Positions 58,106-64,000 of a DNA stretch of 64,000 nucleotides are shown in pieces. Source of the DNA: Spirochaetota bacterium (lineage in GTDB: Bacteria; Spirochaetota; UBA4802; UBA5550); NCBI GenBank assembly GCA_963663865.1, contig OY760686.1:2272001-2336000 (forward strand), given 5' to 3'. The position numbers and the translations under genes were made by a program. The stretch's first letter is position 1; every line of letters begins with the position of its first letter. Under the pieces are notes generated by a model that ran no database searches, had not been told where the DNA came from, and worked only from the letters and a program-made list of their open reading frames with translations.

Positions 58106-61100
58106 CTTGAAATCAACGCCTCCGTAAACCTATCTGCCTCATCAACGGACGGCCTGTGGTAGTATATGCCCGTCCTTCCGTCCTGACTTACTCCGCGCAA
58201 AAAGACGTAATAAACACCTCCGAAATCCCTCTCATAGCTGTAAGCGGGATAAACATTCGCGAGATGAGCGTTAAGAGCGGCTATGTAGATCATGTACTGT
58301 AGGCGGTAGCGGTTAACAGACATGGCCTCATCCATCCTCTCAGAGCTGTAATCACTGAAGGCGCCGCCCAGCCAGTTGGACTTCCAGTCAAGAATGTAGA
58401 ACTTTCCATTATGCCTGAACACCAGGTCAATCGCTCCGGTCATAAATCCCTCAATCTCGCTGACTTCGACTGACTCATCCAGGTAATCAAAATATCCTTC
58501 TTTAATCTTACCGAGGGGAAAGAAGAACTTCATCTCAGCGAGCATATTCTCTGAGGAAATGTCCGCAAGGCGTAAATTCCCGTCTCCCGGCATAGAGGCG
58601 GATAATACTCTTCTGATCATTCCGTCCACCTGACTAATCTGGCCGTCATCCGCCAAAATGCCGTAGGAGCTGAGCTTCTGAGAAATAATCTCTCCGAACT
58701 CAACATCTGAAAACGAGATGTTCTCGAATATCTCATGAAGCGCGCTTCCCGTTGCCGCGCCCGCCGGAAGGTCAATGACATCCTCGTGCAGCTCTGTTTC
58801 AGGGGCGCTCATCCTTCCATGCTTTCCGGCAGTGATGGTGGAAAAGCTCGTTATGTGCCAGCAGCTCTCGATGCTTCCCTTGAATTGCAGAGCTGAATAA
58901 TCCTGATGGCTGTTTTCCGATCGGAACACGCCTTCGACAGGAGCGGGCATCGTCTTAATTTCAACAACAGCCGAATCCGAAAAGCGCTTTTTCATGTCAT
59001 CAAGGTAGTAGGCCGGAGCGCTCATCGAAAGATTGTTGCCCTGGCGGTCCTTCAAACTGCCCCAGGCCAGATAACATCTGTTCACGGCACGCGTAAGCGA
59101 AACATAGAACAGCCTGAGCAGTTCGGCCCTCTGCTGTAAAGCGGCCTCACTGCAGACATCCTCGCCCGGATCGTCCAGGCACAGCCTGTACTCGTTACCG
59201 TCATGATAGAGAGGGTCCTTCAGGGATGACTTGCTGACATCGCTCCAGACATACGGACAAAAAACAATCGGGTACTGAAGCCCCTTGCTCTTGTGGACTG
59301 TAATGATAGTTACCGCATCGGCCTCGCTCTCAAGCCTCTGCTCATACTCTTCGTCAACACCGCTTCCCCTTTTGACTTCAGCGATTCTTCCGGAAAGCCA
59401 TTTCAGGGCATCCTCAGGCGAATAAGGCGACACGTTCCTGTGAATAATCTCTCCAAGATGGAGGATATTCACAATCGCCCGTTCACCGGCGTTCCTGCGG
59501 CCCAGCCTTTCCATGACCTCATACTCTCTTATAAACTGCCTGAACATCCTCATGAAACCCCACTGTTTCCAGGCCCTGTTAAGTCCGGAAAAGGAGTCCA
59601 ACCGCTGCTCACGGCACTCCTCGCTGTCGTTTATTCGGACAATATCGTTCAGGTCTCCTCCAATGAGGCTGGACATAACGGCAGCCTTGAGGAAGGACAG
59701 CTTTGCGGGATAAGCAAAAGCGGACAGAACAGTGTAAAGCTCCACAGCCTCTTCGGAGTTGAAGACGCTGCTGCTGCTGCTCATTACCGAAGGAATGAGG
59801 TAGCGGTCCAGGGCAGCACGTATCTTGGCGGCATCGCTGTTCCTTGGGACAATGACAGCTACATCGCCCGGTGTCGCCTTTCTTCCGCCTATTTCAGCTT
59901 CCCCGGTCACAAGGCTGAAAATTTCGGAAGCCGCCGCTTTTGCGATATCACCCTCGACAGAAGACCTGCTGACCGGCTCTTCTCCGCTAAAGTCCCAGAT
60001 GACCATGGGCTTTCTCCTCTGGCCGAGTATTTCCAGCGGCTTTTCATCCGCGCGTCCTGCGGAGTCAAGGGGATGATAGGCTATACTTTCATACCCGAAC
60101 GGATTATCAACGCTGAAAATCTGATTCAGGGCCTCCACCATCCCCTTTTCGGAGCGGAAATTAGTTGACAGGGTATAGCGGCGCTCGGCGTCGGCTGCCG
60201 CTGAAATGTATGAAAAAATATCGGCCCCTCTGAATGAGTAAATCGACTGCTTGGGGTCTCCAATAAAAAAGAGTATTGAATCACCTCTGCCGAAAATCCG
60301 CCTGAAGACAGAATACTGCATGAAATCAGTGTCCTGGAACTCATCAATAAGCGCGGCTCTGAATCTGCTTCTTATCATTCCGCAGAAGGAGTCCGCTCCC
60401 GGTCCTGTTACCGCTCCATGAAGCGCTGTAAGAAGATCGTTAAACGCCCTGACATTTCTTGCCCTCTTTCTGACAGGGAGCTCCTTCCGCACATACTCAA
60501 GCATTCTTCCCCTGAGCTGCTTTGCCAGCCTCCCGCTTTCATCGTTGATTCTCTGACAGAGCCTGAAGAAAGCGGTATCAGGAGGAATTCTATCTTTCTT
60601 TGTTTCATTTTCGATATTGGATGATGAAAGCTTTTGAATGAGCTCAGGATCAGGTACGTCGTTGATTATTGAGCTTATCACTCTTTCAAAAAGCCCATCA
60701 AGCGCCTCCTGCTTGAAGTTATCAGCATTCCTTTTGATGTCTGATGAGCTCCTGAGCAGCTCCATAACCGCTTCGCCAGACCTCTCCCATTCAAGAGCAA
60801 ACTCAGCCCAGAGGGCTTTCAGTTCCTCTGCAACGGCTCCTCGTGGATAATCTATTTTCAGCAGCAAATACGCGTTAGATCTTCTTGAATCAGTCAGGAA
60901 TAAGTCAATCCCCGTTTGTTTTTTTATAAGAGCGTACACAGAGGGCGGAAGCGTAGAAACATTTGTCCGGTAAAAATCAAGCGCCGCCTCTTTAACAATA
61001 TCGCTGTCATCTGTAACGAGTTCAGTATTGTACAGAGTACCGGTCTCGAATGCATTGTCCCCGAGAAGACGCTGACAAAAACCATGTATTGTGAAGATGG

Positions 61101-61464
61101 AGGACTCATCAAGCCACAGGACAGCCTCTCTGAGCATATACCTTCTCTGTTCAGCTTCAGGGTCTACTCTGAACTTGTTTACAAGCTCCACGATTGTGCT
61201 GTCTTCCGACTCCTCACCGTCCCAGACCTTGAGCGCTTCCCTGATAAACCTGCGGGTCCTGTCCCTGATTTCAGCTGTTGCCGCCCTGGTGAAGGTAACT
61301 ACAAGGATTTCCTGAACAGGTATCATATGCTCAACGAGAAGCCTCAAAAAGATTATCGCCATGCTGTACGTTTTCCCGGTACCTGCTCCGGCCTCTACCA
61401 GGTTTGAGCCTTTAAGGGAGACGTTAACAGCATCAAATCGCTTCATCTCATTTTGTTCTTTCAA
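58102..61464 (-). CDS. recB: Exodeoxyribonuclease V beta subunit
   Basis: AGAGTGKT, DEFQDTD, GDPKQSIY, HKSKGL, nuclease motif GAIDL...DWKSN. Confidence 0.96.
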   Translation of the reverse strand: MKEQNEMKRFDAVNVSLKGSNLVEAGAGTGKTYSMAIIFLRLLVEHMIPVQEILVVTFTRAATAEIRDRTRRFIREALKVWDGEESEDSTIVELVNKFRVDPEAEQRRYMLREAVLWLDESSIFTIHGFCQRLLGDNAFETGTLYNTELVTDDSDIVKEAALDFYRTNVSTLPPSVYALIKKQTGIDLFLTDSRRSNAYLLLKIDYPRGAVAEELKALWAEFALEWERSGEAVMELLRSSSDIKRNADNFKQEALDGLFERVISSIINDVPDPELIQKLSSSNIENETKKDRIPPDTAFFRLCQRINDESGRLAKQLRGRMLEYVRKELPVRKRARNVRAFNDLLTALHGAVTGPGADSFCGMIRSRFRAALIDEFQDTDFMQYSVFRRIFGRGDSILFFIGDPKQSIYSFRGADIFSYISAAADAERRYTLSTNFRSEKGMVEALNQIFSVDNPFGYESIAYHPLDSAGRADEKPLEILGQRRKPMVIWDFSGEEPVSRSSVEGDIAKAAASEIFSLVTGEAEIGGRKATPGDVAVIVPRNSDAAKIRAALDRYLIPSVMSSSSSVFNSEEAVELYTVLSAFAYPAKLSFLKAAVMSSLIGGDLNDIVRINDSEECREQRLDSFSGLNRAWKQWGFMRMFRQFIREYEVMERLGRRNAGERAIVNILHLGEIIHRNVSPYSPEDALKWLSGRIAEVKRGSGVDEEYEQRLESEADAVTIITVHKSKGLQYPIVFCPYVWSDVSKSSLKDPLYHDGNEYRLCLDDPGEDVCSEAALQQRAELLRLFYVSLTRAVNRCYLAWGSLKDRQGNNLSMSAPAYYLDDMKKRFSDSAVVEIKTMPAPVEGVFRSENSHQDYSALQFKGSIESCWHITSFSTITAGKHGRMSAPETELHEDVIDLPAGAATGSALHEIFENISFSDVEFGEIISQKLSSYGILADDGQISQVDGMIRRVLSASMPGDGNLRLADISSENMLAEMKFFFPLGKIKEGYFDYLDESVEVSEIEGFMTGAIDLVFRHNGKFYILDWKSNWLGGAFSDYSSERMDEAMSVNRYRLQYMIYIAALNAHLANVYPAYSYERDFGGVYYVFLRGVSQDGRTGIYYHRPSVDEADRFTEALISR

Positions 61465-64000
61465 CGCCCTGCCTCCTCTTCATGCCTGATAACCGGTTCG
61501 AACACCTTCATGGCGGTTTCTGAAAATTCACGATATATTTCTTCGACTGAGACTCCCTTAAAAAGCCTTGTGATGTAAGGGTTCTCGGCCTCCCCTGTGG
61601 CAAAGAGATTCCCCTGCCAGGCAACTTCAGCGGCCTTGAGAGCGGCGCTCTCTACTGCATCTTCACAGGTGCGGCTTGAGGGGGAAATCATCTTTGAGGC
61701 GTAGACAAAAGATGTTTCGGGGAAAAAAGCGAGCGCCCTGCCGCAGCCGAGAGCAAACAGCCCGGCCAGCTCTTCAAGCAGTCCTGACGCGTTTTTAACC
61801 GGCTTATACCTGACGGCCCCATCCTTCCCTATAAAAACGGATTCACACTCATTGCCTGCCGCACAGGCGAAGAGGTGATCAATCCAGAGGCTTATTCTGT
61901 CTTTTACCTTCACCTTCGCGGGCCTGAATCTTACAATCTTGTCTCCGTAAACCGGCCTGATAATACCGCCGATACTGTACTTGCCGGCATTGAGCGTTGC
62001 GGATATTACCCGCTCCTCAGAGCCGGCAATCTCATTTCTGAAGGCTTCAACGATACGCGCTGATTCCTCCAGCGACTTCCTGAAAAGCAGCCCGCCGGGG
62101 GCACCCGAGGGAAGAATGCCCGCCGAGCGGTAAAGCGCCTCAGACGGCTCCTCTCCCGCTGCTATATCGCGGATCAGGCTTTCCTGCAGGCTGTAAACAG
62201 CGAGAGGCTCTTCCTCAAGCGGTTCAACATCTTCCTCTTTCTCCTCTTCCAGAGGGAAATACACGCCAAGCTGCCTCATCAAAAGATAACGGCTCGGGTT
62301 ATGAAAGAACTCTCTGATATGGCTGATGTTTAACTCGCCGATCTCAGGGGTTGAGCTCAACTCCCTGAGTGGAGGCAGCTCCCTTTCCTTTACAGACTGT
62401 ATTGAGCTGACTACCGGACAGAGATCAGAGCGGAAGCTCCTGAGTTCCGGGAATTCACCGCTGAAGTAATCGGGGCTAAAGGCCTGCATCCTGTGACTGA
62501 CAGCGACAGGAGCCAGAGTATCGTCCAGCTCGTACATGTTCTTAATGCAGTTAAGCAGCTCATCCACAACCGCCGACGGCAGCCTCATGGAGTTGTCTCT
62601 CGGACTCTGACCCGTATATGTAATGCAGAGACGCTCCCTTGCCGAAAGCACTGATTCCAGGAATAGGTAGCGGTCGCTCTCCCTCGGATTCCGGTCGCCC
62701 GGCTCAGGATTGAGCGCGAGCAAATCAAAGCCGAGGTAGGTTGACCTCTTCGGGAAATCACCGTCATTCATTCCCATCATGCAGATCACTCTGAACGGAA
62801 TACTTCTCAGAGGCAGCATGGAGCAGAAGGTTATTCCGCCCCGTATAAAGCCCCTTCCGCTGACAAGCTCCTCAAAGCGGTCAGAGAACAGATTTTTTAT
62901 TACAGCGAATTCAACTTCAGAATCAAAACCGCTGAGAGCCTCAATCTGGTCCAGAAAGGTTATCTGCCTTATCACATAGTCGACTCCTTCCTGGTTTTCT
63001 CCACGTCCGTCAAAGAGCCTGCCGGCGATATCAAGAAGGAAATGCTTCCACTCCTGAATGCTTCTCGACGCGGAAGCCGACCGGGTTATATCAATGAGCT
63101 CATCGGCAAAATGCAGAAAGCGCCCAAGCACGGCGGCCCTGTCTCCGTCAATTCCCTGCAGAGGATATATTCCCCTGTACAGCCTTCTGTCCCCTGAATC
63201 AGCCGCGTAACCGAGAATGATCCGTTCAATCCCAGCCCTCCACGTGTTCCGGTGCGGCTCGCTCAGGCCTGTCTCTTTCAGATGGCCGTCATCCGCGCCC
63301 CACCTTATCCCGGCCTCATAGGCGGCATCCCTCACCAGAGCTATATCGCCCTCCGAAATCCCAAATCTTGCGGATATTTGCGGCGCTTCCAACAGCGAGA
63401 TTACACGGGACAGCTCAAGCCTGCTTTCACAAAGCTCAAGCACCGCGACAAAAACGTCAGCGGCGCGGTTCTCAGCCCTTACGGACCTGTCAGCGATTGT
63501 GTAAGGGAACCTTTTCCCATCCTCCTGATTGGCGAAAACAGCGTCAATAAATGGCGCATAGCCATTGATGTCAGGAGTCAGCACCAGAACGTCTTTCGGC
63601 CTGAGGCTGCTGTCCCGGTTAAAGAGGCCGAGAAGATAATCGTGGAGGACTTCAGCTTCCCGCATCGGGCCGTGACAGCTTAAAAGCCTGACGGTGTTAT
63701 CTTCGGGATCAACAGTGTACTTATTAAATCCCTCTTCAGATGCAGGATCTTCCATGTCAAGTATGCTCTGCTGCAGCCTTGAAAGGATTGTCCCGTTATC
63801 CCTGTTATCTTCAAAGAGAAGGCTCTCTTCGATTTCATATTTATACAGGTTGGAGAAAAAGTTCCTGCCGGTCTTTCCCATCGAGGCCAGCAGGGGATTC
63901 CCCTGCTCAAAGTGGTAATCGCCAACATCGGCATTCTTCTTTTTCAGACGCCGGGCGAAGCGCGCAGACTCCCGGTCGGGGCGGATATCCCCCCAGTAAT
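61461..64000 (-). CDS. recC: Exodeoxyribonuclease V gamma subunit, 5'-partial
   Basis: Frame is open to the window edge (YWGDI...GNPLLASMG); CHGPMREAEVL, RSIPFRV, DRYLFLE. Confidence 0.95.
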   Translation of the reverse strand, partial: YWGDIRPDRESARFARRLKKKNADVGDYHFEQGNPLLASMGKTGRNFFSNLYKYEIEESLLFEDNRDNGTILSRLQQSILDMEDPASEEGFNKYTVDPEDNTVRLLSCHGPMREAEVLHDYLLGLFNRDSSLRPKDVLVLTPDINGYAPFIDAVFANQEDGKRFPYTIADRSVRAENRAADVFVAVLELCESRLELSRVISLLEAPQISARFGISEGDIALVRDAAYEAGIRWGADDGHLKETGLSEPHRNTWRAGIERIILGYAADSGDRRLYRGIYPLQGIDGDRAAVLGRFLHFADELIDITRSASASRSIQEWKHFLLDIAGRLFDGRGENQEGVDYVIRQITFLDQIEALSGFDSEVEFAVIKNLFSDRFEELVSGRGFIRGGITFCSMLPLRSIPFRVICMMGMNDGDFPKRSTYLGFDLLALNPEPGDRNPRESDRYLFLESVLSARERLCITYTGQSPRDNSMRLPSAVVDELLNCIKNMYELDDTLAPVAVSHRMQAFSPDYFSGEFPELRSFRSDLCPVVSSIQSVKERELPPLRELSSTPEIGELNISHIREFFHNPSRYLLMRQLGVYFPLEEEKEEDVEPLEEEPLAVYSLQESLIRDIAAGEEPSEALYRSAGILPSGAPGGLLFRKSLEESARIVEAFRNEIAGSEERVISATLNAGKYSIGGIIRPVYGDKIVRFRPAKVKVKDRISLWIDHLFACAAGNECESVFIGKDGAVRYKPVKNASGLLEELAGLFALGCGRALAFFPETSFVYASKMISPSSRTCEDAVESAALKAAEVAWQGNLFATGEAENPYITRLFKGVSVEEIYREFSETAMKVFEPVIRHEEEAGR

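Noticed and set aside
63680-64000. Possible recC frameshift at the 5' end
   Set aside because: The recC frame stays open to the window edge; the gene is simply truncated by the window.

Overview
Bacterial chromosomal window, probably from a spirochaete-like diderm anaerobe (inferred from lipoproteins, beta-barrel proteins, an SH3 protein, an oxoacid:ferredoxin oxidoreductase and RecBCD). The left ~34 kb is mostly AT-rich and accessory; the right ~30 kb is more GC-rich and contains bioB, a DEAD-box helicase, signalling genes and recC-recB-recD. The main feature is an integron-like locus at ~11.2-20.5 kb. An intact tyrosine recombinase that lacks the IntI-specific insertion sits divergent from an attI-like site and an array of 7 clear plus ~3 decayed cassettes separated by attC-like hairpins. 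Each of the 7 clear cassettes has its own 17-22 bp terminal inverted repeat with a conserved A/C mismatch at position 11. The cargo includes candidate anti-phage genes (a two-gene DUF4747-like + 4TM cassette, AbiTii, HEPN-like). Also present are a modular hairpin repeat in two copies, GTAG REP-like palindromes, a frameshifted VOC gene and a GT2-WecB/TagA fusion. All family calls come from reading motifs by eye; no searches were run.
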